A stretch of 64,000 bases of DNA from an uncultured Actinomycetota bacterium (GCA_963829525.1 CAWHIJ010000003.1:2144001-2208000); one strand, 5' to 3'. Shown: positions 39,695 to 51,250, numbered from the stretch's first letter. The notes: a model not told the origin generated them from the letters alone. Made by a program: numbers and translations.

Positions 39695-40675
39695 TCAGCG
39701 CGTGAGGATTTCGCGCGCCTTCCTCACGTCGTCTGCCATCTGCACGAGCAACGGGTCGATCCCGTCGAACTTCAAGGTGGGCCGGAGCCGCTCGACGAAG
39801 TCGAATGCCACGCGCTCGCCATAGAGGTCGAGGTCTGCGCGATCCAGCACATATGCCTCGACCCGGCGCTCCTCGCCATCGAAGGTGGGGTTGGTCCCTA
39901 TCGAGATCGCTGCTGGCAGCGCCTCGGTGATACGTCCGGCACTTCGCACTAGCCAGCCGGCGTAGACACCGTCAGCCGGGACGGCCGTGTGCTCGACAGG
40001 ATCGAGGTTCGCTGTGGGATAGCCGAGGTCGCGTCCGCGATGGTCACCGTGCACGACGATGCCTTCAACGCGATGTGGTCGGTTGAGCGCTCGTGCCGCC
40101 TCGGCGACGTCGCCCTCCAGCACACATTGGCGGATGTACGTCGATGACCAAACAACTTCACCGGTGTCACCGTGCTCGACCACCGCCCCGACTTCCAGCG
40201 CAATCGGTGCCACAACAAAGTCATCGGCAGCGCCCAGTTTCTCCAGCAGAGCCACATCACCGGCCGCACGGTGACCGAAGCGGAAGCCCTCGCCGACGAC
40301 GACGCCAGAAGCGTGCAGGCCCCGCACCAGGACTCGGTCAACGAACTCACCTGGCGTCCAAGAAGCCAGCTCAGGCGAGAAGGCGAGTACCAAGACAGCA
40401 TCAACCCCAGCTTCACCGAGCAGTGCGACCCGGTGATCGAGCGTCGACAGCATTCGCGGCTGGGTGTCAGGACGAACCACCGCACTCGGGTGCGGATCAA
40501 AGGTCACTGCGACCACGCGTCCCTCAACTTCTTCAGCCAAGCGGCGCGTAGCGTCGATGATCACGCGGTGCCCCAGATGCACCCCGTCGAAGACGCCGAT
40601 GCAGACCACCGACCGACCCCAGTCGCCAGGGATGGCCGCTAGACCATCGAAGCGCTCGCCAATCTGCATGGTCAT
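39695..40675 (-). CDS. ribF: Bifunctional riboflavin kinase/FAD synthetase
   Basis: GVFDGVHLGH, SSTYIR, GYPTAN, SIGTNPTF. Confidence 0.96.
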   Translation of the reverse strand: MTMQIGERFDGLAAIPGDWGRSVVCIGVFDGVHLGHRVIIDATRRLAEEVEGRVVAVTFDPHPSAVVRPDTQPRMLSTLDHRVALLGEAGVDAVLVLAFSPELASWTPGEFVDRVLVRGLHASGVVVGEGFRFGHRAAGDVALLEKLGAADDFVVAPIALEVGAVVEHGDTGEVVWSSTYIRQCVLEGDVAEAARALNRPHRVEGIVVHGDHRGRDLGYPTANLDPVEHTAVPADGVYAGWLVRSAGRITEALPAAISIGTNPTFDGEERRVEAYVLDRADLDLYGERVAFDFVERLRPTLKFDGIDPLLVQMADDVRKAREILTR

Positions 40676-40690
40676 ACCCTGCCAGAGAGG

Positions 40691-41587
40691 TCAGCCGCTG
40701 CTGAACCCAACGAGGACGCGCAGCGAGCCGGCCCGGGGCTCCATCAGCGCAAGCACCTCTCCCTCTGCGTCGAAGATGCCCGTTGGCCCCCTCTCGCCGT
40801 TCATGGCCAGAGGACGCCCGTGCCTGACGCCGACAGCATCGTCGCCGGTCACCGTACGAGTTGGGAAGGAGGAGCGCACAGCGTCAGCCAGCGGAAGCAC
40901 CGTGAGGGTGGCCTCCAGCTCGTCAAGGGTGTGCGCCTCCGACACGGCGATGTCGCCGATCCGAGTCCGACGCAGTGCGGTGAGGTGACCGCCGACCTCG
41001 AGCGTGTCGCCCAAGTCACGAGCCAGAGCACGAATGTAGGTGCCGCTGGAACAGGTCACAGACACATCAACGTCGAGGAGAGCGGGCGTAGGGCGTCGTA
41101 GATCCTGTACCTCGAAAAGGGAGACTGTCACCCGCCGAGCCGGGAGCTCAACGTCTTCTCCTGCTCGTACCCGGGTGTACGAGCGAACACCACCAACTTT
41201 TACAGCGCTCACCGATGATGGGACCTGCTCGATCGCTCCGACGAACGACAGAACGGCAGCACGCACGTCCGACTCGGCAATTCCGTCTGCGCTCGCTCCG
41301 CCCGTCACGTCACCTTCTGCGTCGTCGGTGACCGTGCGTTGACCGAGTCGAATGGTTGCGTTGTAGTCCTTGTCGTGCGCTGCGAGGTAGCCCAGCAGAC
41401 GGGTGGCGCGACCGATCCCGAGGACCAGGACGCCTGTGGCCATTGGGTCGAGCGTTCCTGCGTGTCCGACCTTGCGGGTGCCCGCGAGGCGCCGCATCTT
41501 GCCGACGACGTCATGCGACGTCCAGCCGCTGGGCTTGTCGACAATGACAAGCCCGTCGATAGCCGGACGCGCCGAAGCGTCAGCCAT
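40691..41587 (-). CDS. truB: tRNA pseudouridine(55) synthase
   Basis: DKPSGWTSHDVV, GHAGTLDPMATG, CSSGTYIRALARD. Confidence 0.97.
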   Translation of the reverse strand: MADASARPAIDGLVIVDKPSGWTSHDVVGKMRRLAGTRKVGHAGTLDPMATGVLVLGIGRATRLLGYLAAHDKDYNATIRLGQRTVTDDAEGDVTGGASADGIAESDVRAAVLSFVGAIEQVPSSVSAVKVGGVRSYTRVRAGEDVELPARRVTVSLFEVQDLRRPTPALLDVDVSVTCSSGTYIRALARDLGDTLEVGGHLTALRRTRIGDIAVSEAHTLDELEATLTVLPLADAVRSSFPTRTVTGDDAVGVRHGRPLAMNGERGPTGIFDAEGEVLALMEPRAGSLRVLVGFSSG

Positions 41588-42605
41588 CGACGCCAGGGTC
41601 GACGATGGCAGCGTCGAGCGAGCGGCGCACCGTGTCGACGACCTCAGTCAGGTCACGAGAGGTGGCGGTGAAACCAGCGGCATAGCGGTGACCACCGCCC
41701 CCGAGTCCGATCGCCACGGCGCTCACGTCAGCCACACCCTTCGAGCGCAGCGAGACGCGCAAGTCACCTAAGTCGTCCTCTTTCACCACCATGGCAACCT
41801 CGGCCTCGGACGCCTTACGTACGACGTCAATGATGGGTTCGACCAGGTCAAAGGGCAGCCGGTCGATGGCGCGGTCGGCCGCGAGGACCGCCGTCCATAC
41901 CAACCCGTGGCCTCCGGCGGCAGCCTGCTCCAGCTGGCATCGCCCCAGCGCAGTTCCGAGAACCCCGAGATAGCCAAACGGAACGGCGTCGAACACCTCA
42001 CGGGCAATCGTGTCGAAGGCAATGCCGGTCTCGAGCAGCTCACCGGCCAACGCGTGGGTCTGCGGAGTCGTCCCGGCGTAACGGAACGATCCAGTGTCGG
42101 TGATCAATCCGGTGTAAAGGCACGCTGCGATGGCAGGATCTAGTGCGATGCCGAGGCGGGCTATTAGCTCGTGGGCGACGACGGCGGTGGCTGGCGCTTC
42201 AACGTCCACCAGGGCAACGTGACCAAAACCGTCGTAGCTGCGGTGATGGTCAACAGCTACCAGCAATGGCGCCTTCTCGGCAATCTCCCGAAGCAAGCCG
42301 AGCCGGTCGATACTGCTGGCGTCGAAAGTCAGCACGACATCAGGGTCGGATGACACCTCAACGGCAGGCGTCAGCAGGTTCTCCCCTGGCATCCAAGCAA
42401 GGTTGGCGGGTACAACAAACGGATCGTCCCCGAAGGAGACCTCGATCCGTCGGTCACCGGGCATCGACGCCAACGCCAAGCCAGCTCCCAGCGCTGAACC
42501 CAAGGCATCGCCGTCGGGGCTCACATGGCCGAGGAGCAACAGCGACCGGGCCGAGCCGATCGCTTCGACGACCCGGTCCCAATCCGAGGTGGCGATCGGG
42601 CTCAC
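41580..42605 (-). CDS. nrnA: DHH family phosphoesterase (NrnA-like)
   Basis: HVSPDGDALGS, VDHH, TDTGSF, GGGGHRYAAG. Confidence 0.88.
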   Translation of the reverse strand: MSPIATSDWDRVVEAIGSARSLLLLGHVSPDGDALGSALGAGLALASMPGDRRIEVSFGDDPFVVPANLAWMPGENLLTPAVEVSSDPDVVLTFDASSIDRLGLLREIAEKAPLLVAVDHHRSYDGFGHVALVDVEAPATAVVAHELIARLGIALDPAIAACLYTGLITDTGSFRYAGTTPQTHALAGELLETGIAFDTIAREVFDAVPFGYLGVLGTALGRCQLEQAAAGGHGLVWTAVLAADRAIDRLPFDLVEPIIDVVRKASEAEVAMVVKEDDLGDLRVSLRSKGVADVSAVAIGLGGGGHRYAAGFTATSRDLTEVVDTVRRSLDAAIVDPGVDG

Positions 42606-43084
42606 GCGGTTGCGCCGCCGGCTTCATCGAGCTCGGCATCGGTCTGTTCGGACCCATCGAGCTCTCCCACGTGCCGGTAGGGGTCTGGCTCACCCGCGTA
42701 CTTGGCGGCCGCGGCTTGCTCATGTACGCGTTCGTCGTCGGCCTGGGCCGCACGCAAGAGGTCATCGAGGTGTCGGGCCGTTTCCGGAATGGCATCGGCG
42801 ATGAAGGCGAGTGAAGGAGTGTGCCGAATCCCGGTCTGCCGCCCCACCTCGGTGCGGAGCATCCCCTTGGCGCTCTCAAGCGCCTCGGCGGTATCGGCCT
42901 GCTCGGTCAGATCCCCCAGCACGGTGTAGAAGACCGTTGCCTCACGCAGGTCGCCGGTCACCCGCACGTCAGTGATCGTGATGAAACCCATACGCGGATC
43001 CTTGATCCGACGCTCGATCGTCTCGGCAACGATCACCTGGATGCGCTCAGAGAGCCGGCGGGCTCGGGCGTCAGTTTCGGTCAT
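42602..43084 (-). CDS. rbfA: Ribosome-binding factor A
   Basis: IKDPRMGFITITDVRVTGDLREA, RHTPSL, YAGEPDPYR. Confidence 0.96.
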   Translation of the reverse strand: MTETDARARRLSERIQVIVAETIERRIKDPRMGFITITDVRVTGDLREATVFYTVLGDLTEQADTAEALESAKGMLRTEVGRQTGIRHTPSLAFIADAIPETARHLDDLLRAAQADDERVHEQAAAAKYAGEPDPYRHVGELDGSEQTDAELDEAGGATA

Positions 43085-43098
43085 GGTCACTCCTCGGA

Positions 43099-43153
43099 TG
43101 TGCAGTCGGGGTGGGACGATCCCCCTTGGAGTACGCCCCACTCCGACTGCGCA
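43099..43153. other. Long hairpin between infB and rbfA
   Basis: TGTGCAGTCGGGGTGGG ... CCCACTCCGACTGCGCA imperfect inverted repeat. Confidence 0.6.
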
Positions 43154-43163
43154 GGTCAGTGCG

Positions 43164-45869
43164 TCAAGTACGCGGGATCTCACGCATCTCGTATGTCTCG
43201 ATGACGTCCTCGACCTTGACGTCATTGAAGTTGCCGAGGTTGATACCGCACTCAAACCCTTCACGGACCTCGGTCACGTCGTCCTTGAAGCGACGAAGGC
43301 CGGTGATCTCAACACTCTCGGCAACGACCGCACCGTCACGGATAACGCGTGCCTTGGTGCCACGCTTGATCTCGCCAGAGCGGATCAGCGAACCAGCGAT
43401 GGTGCCAAACTTGCTCGAGCGGAAGACCTCGCGCACCTCTGCGGTGCCGAGCTCGACCTCTTCGAACTCCGGCTTGAGCATGCCCTTGAGCGCATTTTCG
43501 ATGTCGTCGATCGCCTGGTAGATGATCGAGTAGTACCGAATGTCGACACCCTCGCGCTCGCTCAGCTCGCGGGCGCGTCCTTCCGGACGCACGTTGAAGC
43601 CGATGATGATCGCCTCGGACGCCGACGCAAGGGTGACGTCATGCTCGGTGATCGAGCCGACGCCTCGGTGGATGATGCGCAGGTCGACATCTTCGCCGAC
43701 ATCGACTTTGAGCAAAGCATCTTCCAGGGCTTCCACCGAACCGGAGACATCTCCCTTGAGGATGAGGTTCAGCGTCTCGATCGCGCCCTGCTCGAGGATC
43801 TTCTGCAGGTCCTCAAGGCTCACCTTCTTGCGGGTCTTGGCCAGCTGAGCGTTCCGCTCGGCAGCGGCCCGCTTCTCCGCGATCTGGCGGGCAGTGCGGT
43901 CATCAGCGGCGACCAGGAACTTGTCACCTGCTCTCGGCACCGACGTGAGCCCGAGTACCTGGACCGGACGGGACGGCCCGGCAACCTCGATGTTGTCTCC
44001 GTGCTCGTCAACCATCGCGCGCACGCGGCCGAATGCCTCACCGGCCACAATCGCGTCACCGACGTTGAGCGTTCCGCGCTGCACCAGCACCGTTGCCACC
44101 GGGCCACGGCCACGGTCGAGGTGCGCCTCGATCGAGATACCGCGAGCTTCGGTGTCGGGGTTGGCGCGCAGGTCGAGCGCAGCGTCAGCAGTGAGCAGTA
44201 CCGCCTCAAGGAGCTTGTCGATGTGCAGACGGCTCTTGGCCGAGACGTCGACGAACATGGTCTCGCCGCCGTACTCCTCAGCAACGAGGCCGAACTCGGT
44301 GAGCTGCTGACGTACCTTCGCCGGGTTCGCGTCCTCCTTGTCGACCTTGTTGACCGCCACCACGATTGGCACCGACGCCGCGACTGCGTGGTTGAGCGCC
44401 TCGATGGTTTGCGGCATCACACCGTCATCGGCTGCCACGACCAGCACTGCAATGTCGGTGACTCTCGCACCACGGGCACGCATGGCGGTGAACGCCTCGT
44501 GACCGGGGGTGTCGATGAAGGTGATCGCCCGGTCCTCGCCGTCATGCGGCACGTGGACCTGGTAGGCGCCGATGTGCTGCGTGATGCCACCGGCCTCGTC
44601 AGCGACGACGTCGGTGGACCGAACGGCGTCGAGCAGCTTGGTCTTTCCGTGATCGACGTGGCCCATGACGGTGACGACAGGCGGACGAGGCCGGAGCGTG
44701 TCCTCGTCCTGATCGGCAACCTCAGCGTCAAGGTCGATGTCAAAGGACTCGAGGAGCTCTCGGTCCTCGTCCTCGGGGCTGACGATCTGCACGTCGTAGC
44801 CGAGCTCTGCTGCGAGCAACGCAAACGTGTCCTCGTCGAGCGACTGCGTCGCAGTGGCCATTTCACCAAGTGTGAACAAGACCGAGACCAACGACGCAGG
44901 ATTAGCGTTGATCCGCTCGGCGAAGTCAGTCAGCGACGCGCCGCGCGGCAGCCGGACCGTCTCGCCCTGACCGCGGGGAACCTGCACCCCACCGATCGTG
45001 GGAGCCTGCAGGTTGTCAAGCTCCTGACGGCGCTGCTTGCGTGACTTGCGTCCGCGCTGCTTGCCACCACCGCGACCGAAAGCGCCGGCTGTCTGGCCAC
45101 GGCCAGCGGGGCGGCCTCCGCCCCCTGGGCGACCGGCGAACCCGCCGCCGGAGGGGGCGCCACCCGGGCGCCCGGCATACCCGCCACCGCCGCCAGCGCC
45201 GCCTGGCCGCGCGGCACCGGGAGCGCCGGGACGAGTAGCGCCCGGAGCCCCGGGGCGACCGGCGGCAGGAGCGCCGCGGCCCGGCGCGCCCGCACGACCT
45301 GCTGGGGCTGGACGCCCCGGCATCATGCCGGGGTTCGGACGTGCGCCGCCTGGGCGCGGAGCAACCGGACGCGGAATGCCGGCGTCCTTGCTCGTGAAGG
45401 GATTGTTGCCGGGACGCGGGGCCGCCGGACGAGCAGCACCGGTGTCCCTGCTCATGAACGGGTTGTTGCCGGGACGCGGACCAGCCGGTCGGGCAGGTGC
45501 CTCTGCGGCGGCAGGCAGTTCAGCAGCAGCCGCGTCGGGCTCAGGAGCGACGACCGTACGTTCCTGCAGCGAGGGCGCCTCGGGCGCCGCAGGGGCGGCG
45601 GGAGCAGCGACAGCCGCTTCGACCGCGAGGGGCTCTGGCTCAGTGGGGGAAGTCTTCTTGGCTGCGGCCTTCTTGGTGGTCTTCTTCGCGGGAGCCACAT
45701 CACCTGCGGGCTGCGCGGGGAAGACCTCCTTGAGCTTACGAACAACAGGTGGTTCCACGGTCGACGATGCCGACCTGACGAACTCACCCATATCTTGGAG
45801 CTTGGCCAGAACGACCTTGCTCTCTACTCCGAGCTCCTTGGCGAGCTCGTACACCCGGACCTTAGCCAC
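43164..45869 (-). CDS. infB: Translation initiation factor IF-2
   Basis: [31 protein letters not shown]; Pro/Gly/Arg-rich linker. Confidence 0.99.
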   Translation of the reverse strand: MAKVRVYELAKELGVESKVVLAKLQDMGEFVRSASSTVEPPVVRKLKEVFPAQPAGDVAPAKKTTKKAAAKKTSPTEPEPLAVEAAVAAPAAPAAPEAPSLQERTVVAPEPDAAAAELPAAAEAPARPAGPRPGNNPFMSRDTGAARPAAPRPGNNPFTSKDAGIPRPVAPRPGGARPNPGMMPGRPAPAGRAGAPGRGAPAAGRPGAPGATRPGAPGAARPGGAGGGGGYAGRPGGAPSGGGFAGRPGGGGRPAGRGQTAGAFGRGGGKQRGRKSRKQRRQELDNLQAPTIGGVQVPRGQGETVRLPRGASLTDFAERINANPASLVSVLFTLGEMATATQSLDEDTFALLAAELGYDVQIVSPEDEDRELLESFDIDLDAEVADQDEDTLRPRPPVVTVMGHVDHGKTKLLDAVRSTDVVADEAGGITQHIGAYQVHVPHDGEDRAITFIDTPGHEAFTAMRARGARVTDIAVLVVAADDGVMPQTIEALNHAVAASVPIVVAVNKVDKEDANPAKVRQQLTEFGLVAEEYGGETMFVDVSAKSRLHIDKLLEAVLLTADAALDLRANPDTEARGISIEAHLDRGRGPVATVLVQRGTLNVGDAIVAGEAFGRVRAMVDEHGDNIEVAGPSRPVQVLGLTSVPRAGDKFLVAADDRTARQIAEKRAAAERNAQLAKTRKKVSLEDLQKILEQGAIETLNLILKGDVSGSVEALEDALLKVDVGEDVDLRIIHRGVGSITEHDVTLASASEAIIIGFNVRPEGRARELSEREGVDIRYYSIIYQAIDDIENALKGMLKPEFEEVELGTAEVREVFRSSKFGTIAGSLIRSGEIKRGTKARVIRDGAVVAESVEITGLRRFKDDVTEVREGFECGINLGNFNDVKVEDVIETYEMREIPRT

Positions 45870-45911
45870 TGCTCTCCTGTTCCCATGGTCCAGGCCTGGT
45901 GGCGTGGACCG

Positions 45912-45963
45912 TTAGTACGTCGACATGCTCATTGGTGCGCGCTCATCGCGTGCTCGTCGCCAT
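45912..45963 (-). other. Three ATGA-overlapping micro-ORFs (MATSTR*, MSAHQ*, MSMSTY*) in the infB leader
   Basis: 45943-45963, 45929-45946 and 45912-45932; the first is preceded by SD-like AGCAGGA. Confidence 0.6.
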
Positions 45964-46004
45964 CTCGTCCTGCTTTCGGTCGGTCTTCGCTGGTGAAGAC
46001 ACAC

Positions 46005-46313
46005 TCACGGAAACTGCTGCATCTGTCCGCGCAACTCACTGACGTCGAGCCCTCCGCTGAGCCGTAAGGCCCGAGGAAGAGCCCGTCGCCGTTCGGCGAG
46101 GTCCAGACATTTCAGGGAGGGGTGCAGGTACGCACCACGCCCTGGGAACCGGCGGCCTGGATCGAGCCACGCGACCCACTCCTCAGAGCGCTCCGCCTGG
46201 TTCGGCCGGGCGACCACCCGTACCACGTCTGTCTGAGACGCCCGAGAGCGACATCCCACGCACATTCGTACCGGGGTGCGAACAGGATTCGGCGCCGACG
46301 GGCGGTCAGCCAC
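46005..46313 (-). CDS. ylxR: YlxR/DUF448 family RNA-binding protein
   Basis: PVRMCVGCR, PGRGAYLH..C; between nusA and infB. Confidence 0.9.
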   Translation of the reverse strand: MADRPSAPNPVRTPVRMCVGCRSRASQTDVVRVVARPNQAERSEEWVAWLDPGRRFPGRGAYLHPSLKCLDLAERRRALPRALRLSGGLDVSELRGQMQQFP

Positions 46314-46329
46314 AGGTCACTCTACCCGG

Positions 46330-47376
46330 TCAGCCGTTCGGCTCAACGCTCGGCGGCACTGCCGGGGGGTCCGAAGGCTCGGCGGAGCCGTTTCGGAGTG
46401 CATCCCCGGGGGGTGCGGTGTCGGACACGATGTCGATCCGCCAGCCGGTGAGGCGAGCCGCCAGCCTGGCATTCTGCCCCTCCCGGCCGATGGCGAGCGA
46501 GAGCTGATAGTCCGGGACGACCGCCCGCGCAGCTCGCGTCTCGGCGTCGACAACGGTGACGGAGGAGACCCTCGCCGGAGAGAGCGCATGCCCCACGAAC
46601 TCAGCCGGATCGGCCGACCAGTCGACGATGTCGATCTTCTCACCGTGCAGCTCGGCCATCACAGCGCGCACCCGCGCACCCATCGGTCCGATGCAGGCTC
46701 CCTTGGCTCCGAGCCCGGCCTTGTGCGAGTGAACAGCAATCTTGGTGCGGTGACCCGCCTCACGAGCGATCGCTGCAATCTCGACCGAACCATCTGCGAT
46801 CTCAGGCACCTCGAGCGCGAACAGGAGCTTGACCAGACCGGGATGCGTGCGCGACACCGTCACGATGGGCCCCCGACCACCCTTGCGGACGCCAACGACG
46901 TAGCAGCGAAGTCGCTCTCCGTGCACGTACTGTTCTCCCGGCACCTGCTCGGCCGCCGGTAGTTGTGCCTCGAGCGGCCCGAGGTCGATCAGCACCGTGT
47001 GCGGGTCGAGTCCCTGCTGGATGACACCCGAGACCAGGTCACCGTCACGACCTGACCAGGCACCAAAGGACGCCTCGTCTTCGGCGTCGCGGAGCCGCTG
47101 CAGGATGACCTGACGAGCCGTCGTGGCGGCAACACGACCAAACCCTTCTGGCGTGTCGTCCCACTCCCGAAGCACGATGCCGTCCTCGTCGGTCTCAGCG
47201 GCAAACACCGCGACGTGACCGGTCGAACGGTCCAACTCGACGCGCGCCTTCGGCTGTGCACCTGGCGTGTGCTGATAAGCGGTCTCCAATGCCCGCTCGA
47301 TCGCCTCGACCACGACATCGAAGGGGATCTCGCGCTCGTTGACCAGAGAGCGGAGCGCATTCATGTCGACGTCCAT
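46330..47376 (-). CDS. nusA: Transcription factor NusA
   Basis: [45 protein letters not shown]. Confidence 0.97.
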   Translation of the reverse strand: MDVDMNALRSLVNEREIPFDVVVEAIERALETAYQHTPGAQPKARVELDRSTGHVAVFAAETDEDGIVLREWDDTPEGFGRVAATTARQVILQRLRDAEDEASFGAWSGRDGDLVSGVIQQGLDPHTVLIDLGPLEAQLPAAEQVPGEQYVHGERLRCYVVGVRKGGRGPIVTVSRTHPGLVKLLFALEVPEIADGSVEIAAIAREAGHRTKIAVHSHKAGLGAKGACIGPMGARVRAVMAELHGEKIDIVDWSADPAEFVGHALSPARVSSVTVVDAETRAARAVVPDYQLSLAIGREGQNARLAARLTGWRIDIVSDTAPPGDALRNGSAEPSDPPAVPPSVEPNG

Positions 47377-47906
47377 CAGCGCTCTCCTTCCGATGCAGAT
47401 GGGTCCTCACCCGGTGCAGCAGGCCGGCGAAACTCCACCTGGACATGGGCTTCGCTGATCTGAGCGAAGGCAAAGGTCTTGGTCTCGGTGAGCCCCTGTG
47501 GCTGGTCACCGGGGCGCCCACCCGCAGGCTCAAGGGTGACCGTTTCGTCGTCGCTGGCCATGATGCGCCCGACGATCTCGTCGCCGTCAGTGGTTTTCAG
47601 GCGAACCAGACGAGTGGAGTTGCGGCGCCAGTGACGCGGCAGAGAGAGCGACCGGCCCACTCCAGGTGATGAGACTTCCAGCACATAGGGCTGCTCGCCC
47701 ATGGCGTCTGTCGCGTCGAGCTCGACGGACAGGATCGACGTCAGAGCGGCGATGTGATCGAGGGTGACTCCTCCCTCCCGATCGACGAGCACCCGGATGA
47801 GCCGGCGGCGCCCCGCAGGCTGCACCTCGACGGCCTCCAGGTCGAATCCCTCGGCGGCAACCACTGGAGTGAGCGCCCTCGCAACGCGGTCGGCAACTGC
47901 AGCCAT
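47376..47906 (-). CDS. rimP: Ribosome maturation factor RimP
   Basis: [20 protein letters not shown]; ATG after GGAGG. Confidence 0.94.
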   Translation of the reverse strand: MAAVADRVARALTPVVAAEGFDLEAVEVQPAGRRRLIRVLVDREGGVTLDHIAALTSILSVELDATDAMGEQPYVLEVSSPGVGRSLSLPRHWRRNSTRLVRLKTTDGDEIVGRIMASDDETVTLEPAGGRPGDQPQGLTETKTFAFAQISEAHVQVEFRRPAAPGEDPSASEGER

Positions 47907-47991
47907 GGTGACCTCCGCCCATTCTGTTGTGTGGTGCCTGTTGTGTGGTGCCCCTTGCGTGGTGCATGTCACCCTACCGGCCCGCCGTGGA

Positions 47992-48501
47992 ATGCTGGCC
48001 CGCGTGCTCTCCCTTGGACCCGCGCCGGTGACGCGTCGTGTGCTGCTCATTGGCGCAGTCGGTATCCCGATGTCGCTGTCGGTCACCGCATGCACCGGGG
48101 ATGCACCGGTCGATCTACCTGCCGATCCTGACCGTGAGGCGCTCGAAGCAGCGCAAGAGGTGGAGGTCGCGACCTTAGCGGCGCTGGAGGGCTGGCCGAT
48201 GGACGCAAACGACGGCACGGTCACCCGAGCCGAGGTGAGCTCTGCGATCAGTGCCCACATCGCAGCGCTTGTCGCCGCTCTCACCTCGACTCCGCCGGCC
48301 ATCCCATCGCCATCGGGTTCGGGGTCCTACGCGCTCATTCCCACGCTTTCCACCGCGCAGGTCGTGGCCATGCTCGACTCTGCCGCAAGCGAGCACACCC
48401 GCGCCCTGCGCACCGCCTCCCCCGAGATCAGCCCACTGCTCGCTTCGATCGCAGCATCAGACGCGGCAGTGGCCGCAGCCATCCGGCAGAGCAGCACATG
48501 A
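47992..48501 (+). CDS. Hypothetical lipoprotein with Tat-like signal
   Basis: TRRVLL twin-arginine motif, VTAC lipobox, LLASIAAS tail; start uncertain. Confidence 0.6.
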   Translation: MLARVLSLGPAPVTRRVLLIGAVGIPMSLSVTACTGDAPVDLPADPDREALEAAQEVEVATLAALEGWPMDANDGTVTRAEVSSAISAHIAALVAALTSTPPAIPSPSGSGSYALIPTLSTAQVVAMLDSAASEHTRALRTASPEISPLLASIAASDAAVAAAIRQSST

Positions 48502-48899
48502 TCGACGACCTCGCCCTATGGCAGCAAACGCTTGCCACCGAGCACGCCACGATCTGGGCGTACGGCCTGGTCGGCGCGACGCCGTCCCTGGCGGTTCCGG
48601 CTGATGCCGCCCTGCGGGTCCACCGTGACCGGCGCGCCCGCTGCGTCGATCAGGTGGTGGCACTAGGCGGTGAGCCCGTTGCGTCGGCCCCGGCGTACGA
48701 CGTGGTGGCGCCGCCCAGCTCAGCTGCCGCACGAAAGCTCGCGGCATCCCTGGAGGACAGCTGCACGGTGGCGTACGCCGCACTGACCGGAGCCAACGAC
48801 CGCGCCGCCCGCCTGCTGGCCGCTCAGTGGCTGCGCGAGAGCGCGATCGCCCTCTGGGGTTGGGACGGAGAGCTGCCGGCCCTTCCAGGTCTGGAGTAG
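48498..48899 (+). CDS. Ferritin-like DUF4439 protein
   Basis: LATEHATIWAYG, HRDRR, ending ALPGL; conserved neighbour of proS. Confidence 0.8.
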   Translation: MIDDLALWQQTLATEHATIWAYGLVGATPSLAVPADAALRVHRDRRARCVDQVVALGGEPVASAPAYDVVAPPSSAAARKLAASLEDSCTVAYAALTGANDRAARLLAAQWLRESAIALWGWDGELPALPGLE

Positions 48900-48908
48900 C
48901 CGGCCGGG

Positions 48909-50675
48909 TCAGAGGCGGCCGCACTCTTGCACCAGCGCCGCCAACGCCTCACCTGCAGGGACGTCGCGCCGCTCGCCCGACCTCCTGTCACGCACCTCGA
49001 TCACGCCCTCTGCAAGGTTCTTGCCAATGACCGCGATCGTAGGCATGCCGAGGAGCTCGGCATCCTTGAACTTCACGCCTGGCGACACACCCTTACGGTC
49101 GTCGTAGAGCACCCTGATGCCGGCGCCCTCGAGGTCGAGCGCGAGCTGCTCGGCGAACTCGAAGACGGCCGCATCCTTGCCGGCCGCCATCAGATGGAGA
49201 TCGGCGGGAGCCACTTCGCGCGGCCAGACGATGCCGATGTCGTCGTGCGAGTTCTCGACGATGGCCGCGACAGCTCGAGACACCCCGATGCCGTACGAGC
49301 CCATGGTCACGGTGACGAGCTTGCCGTTCTCGTCGAGCACCTTGCAGTCGAGCGCTTCTGCGAACCGCTTGCCCAGCTGGAAGATGTGACCCATCTCGAT
49401 GCCCCGTGCGGTCTCCAGCGCTCCGCCGTCGCGTGGGCAGAGGTCGCCGGCACGCACCTCGGCCGCCTCGATGACGCCGTCGGCTGTGAAGTCGCGCCCA
49501 GCCACGAGATCGAGCACGTGTCGCCCGTCCTGGTCTGCACCCGTGACCCACGCGGTGCCGTCGACCACTCGAGGGTCGACGAGGAAGCGGATACCGGAGG
49601 CGTTCTCCGATCCAAGCACCCCCGGACCGATGTACCCCTTCTTGAGCGCGGGATTCGCAGCGAAGTCCGCCTCGGTGAAGGCGGCCAGCTCGGCCGGTTC
49701 GACCTGGGCCTGAAGCCGCTTCTCGTCCACCTCGCGGTCACCGGGGATGCCGACGGCGAGTGGCTCGCGACGACCATCGGGGTGGGCGAGCATGACGACG
49801 ACGTTCTTGAGCGTGTCCGCGGCGTGCCACGGACGGTCGGTGCGCGGGAACACCGTGTTGAGGTGCTCGACGAGCGTGTCGATCGTTGGGGTGTCGGGTG
49901 TGTCCTCGACGTGCGCGGCGGGCAGGCCGTCGAACGGCATCGGGTCGGTCGGACGGACCTGGACGGCCTCGACATTCGCTGCGTAGTCGCACGTCTTGCA
50001 TCGAACATAGGTGTCCTCGCCATGTTCAGCGGTCGCGAGGAACTCCTCGCTCGCCGACCCGCCCATCGCGCCGCTCATGGCATCGACGATGACGTAGTCA
50101 AAGCCGAACCGGTCGAAGATCCGGATGTAGGCGTCGCGGTGGGCCTGGTACGAACGGTCGAAGGACTCGTCGGTCACGTCGAAGGAGTAGGAGTCCTTCA
50201 TGACGAACTCGCGCCCTCGCAGGATGCCCGCCCGAGGGCGTGGCTCGTCGCGGTACTTGGTCTGGATCTGGTACAGCCAGACCGGCAGGTCCTTGTAGGA
50301 GGAGTACACGTCCTTCACCAGGAGGGTGAACATCTCCTCGTGCGTCGGACCGAGCAGGTAGTCGGCCTCCTTGCGGTCCTTCAGCCGGAAGATGTTGTCG
50401 CCGTACTCCGTCCAGCGGTTGCTCGCCTCGTACGGCTCACGCGGCAGGAGCGCCGGGAAGTGCACCTCTTGGGCGCCGATGGCATTCATTTCCTCGCGCA
50501 CAATGCGCTCGATGTTGCGCAGGACTAGGAAGCCAAGGGGCAGCCAGCTGTAGATGCCTGGTGCTGCACGTCGCACGTATCCGGCCCGCACCAGCAACCG
50601 GTGGCTCGGGACTTCCGCGTCGGCTGGATCCTCGCGCAGCGTGCGAAGGAACAGCGTCGACATCCTTAGCAGCAC
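48909..50675 (-). CDS. proS: Proline--tRNA ligase
   Basis: [24 protein letters not shown], editing insert, GIGVSR. Confidence 0.98.
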   Translation of the reverse strand: MLLRMSTLFLRTLREDPADAEVPSHRLLVRAGYVRRAAPGIYSWLPLGFLVLRNIERIVREEMNAIGAQEVHFPALLPREPYEASNRWTEYGDNIFRLKDRKEADYLLGPTHEEMFTLLVKDVYSSYKDLPVWLYQIQTKYRDEPRPRAGILRGREFVMKDSYSFDVTDESFDRSYQAHRDAYIRIFDRFGFDYVIVDAMSGAMGGSASEEFLATAEHGEDTYVRCKTCDYAANVEAVQVRPTDPMPFDGLPAAHVEDTPDTPTIDTLVEHLNTVFPRTDRPWHAADTLKNVVVMLAHPDGRREPLAVGIPGDREVDEKRLQAQVEPAELAAFTEADFAANPALKKGYIGPGVLGSENASGIRFLVDPRVVDGTAWVTGADQDGRHVLDLVAGRDFTADGVIEAAEVRAGDLCPRDGGALETARGIEMGHIFQLGKRFAEALDCKVLDENGKLVTVTMGSYGIGVSRAVAAIVENSHDDIGIVWPREVAPADLHLMAAGKDAAVFEFAEQLALDLEGAGIRVLYDDRKGVSPGVKFKDAELLGMPTIAVIGKNLAEGVIEVRDRRSGERRDVPAGEALAALVQECGRL

Positions 50676-50723
50676 AGGTACTCCTCGTCAGGTCACGGAC
50701 AGCGAGCCCCTACTCTCCCATCC

Positions 50724-51227
50724 ATGGCCGATGAACAGACACCCGATATCGACGAACGCCCCGATCCACGCCCCGCACACGGCCGACCGTTCGTACCTGT
50801 CGGCTTCGTCGCTCCGCCGCCGCCACGGACGGAGAGCCTCTGGCTCGAGCCGTTGGGGCCGCAGCACAACGACGCCGACTATGCCGCCTGGACCTCGTCG
50901 GTGGAGCATATCCACGCGACCCCAGGGTTCGAGAGCAAGCGGTGGCCGCACCCGATGACTCCGGCCGAGAACGAGGGTGACCTGTTGATGCACGCCGACC
51001 ACTTCGATCGGCAGCTGGGATTCACCTACACCGTTCGAGGCACCGCTGACGACGACGTCATCGGGTGCGTCTACATCTACCCCAGCGACGATGCCTCGAT
51101 CGACGCATCTGTGCGTTCGTGGGTCCGGGTCTCACACGCGCACCTCGATGCAGAACTATGGCGACTCATCCGCGACTGGTTGCAGCACGACTGGCCATTC
51201 AGCGCGATCGACTACGCCGCTCGCTAA
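50724..51227 (+). CDS. Putative N-acetyltransferase-like protein
   Basis: LEPLGPQHNDADYAAW, FTYTV..IGCVYIYP, SWVR, WPF. Confidence 0.7.
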   Translation: MADEQTPDIDERPDPRPAHGRPFVPVGFVAPPPPRTESLWLEPLGPQHNDADYAAWTSSVEHIHATPGFESKRWPHPMTPAENEGDLLMHADHFDRQLGFTYTVRGTADDDVIGCVYIYPSDDASIDASVRSWVRVSHAHLDAELWRLIRDWLQHDWPFSAIDYAAR

Positions 51228-51250
51228 GCAACCCGATTGATTCATCCCTG

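Noticed and set aside
45040-45500. Low-complexity GC repeats
   Set aside because: They encode the normal Pro/Gly/Arg linker of actinobacterial IF2 (RPGNNPF repeats).
42972-45915. Long + strand ORFs (690 aa, 292 aa) opposite infB, and similar ones opposite pnp, proS and rnj
   Set aside because: Antisense shadow ORFs expected from high-GC codon bias; no motifs.
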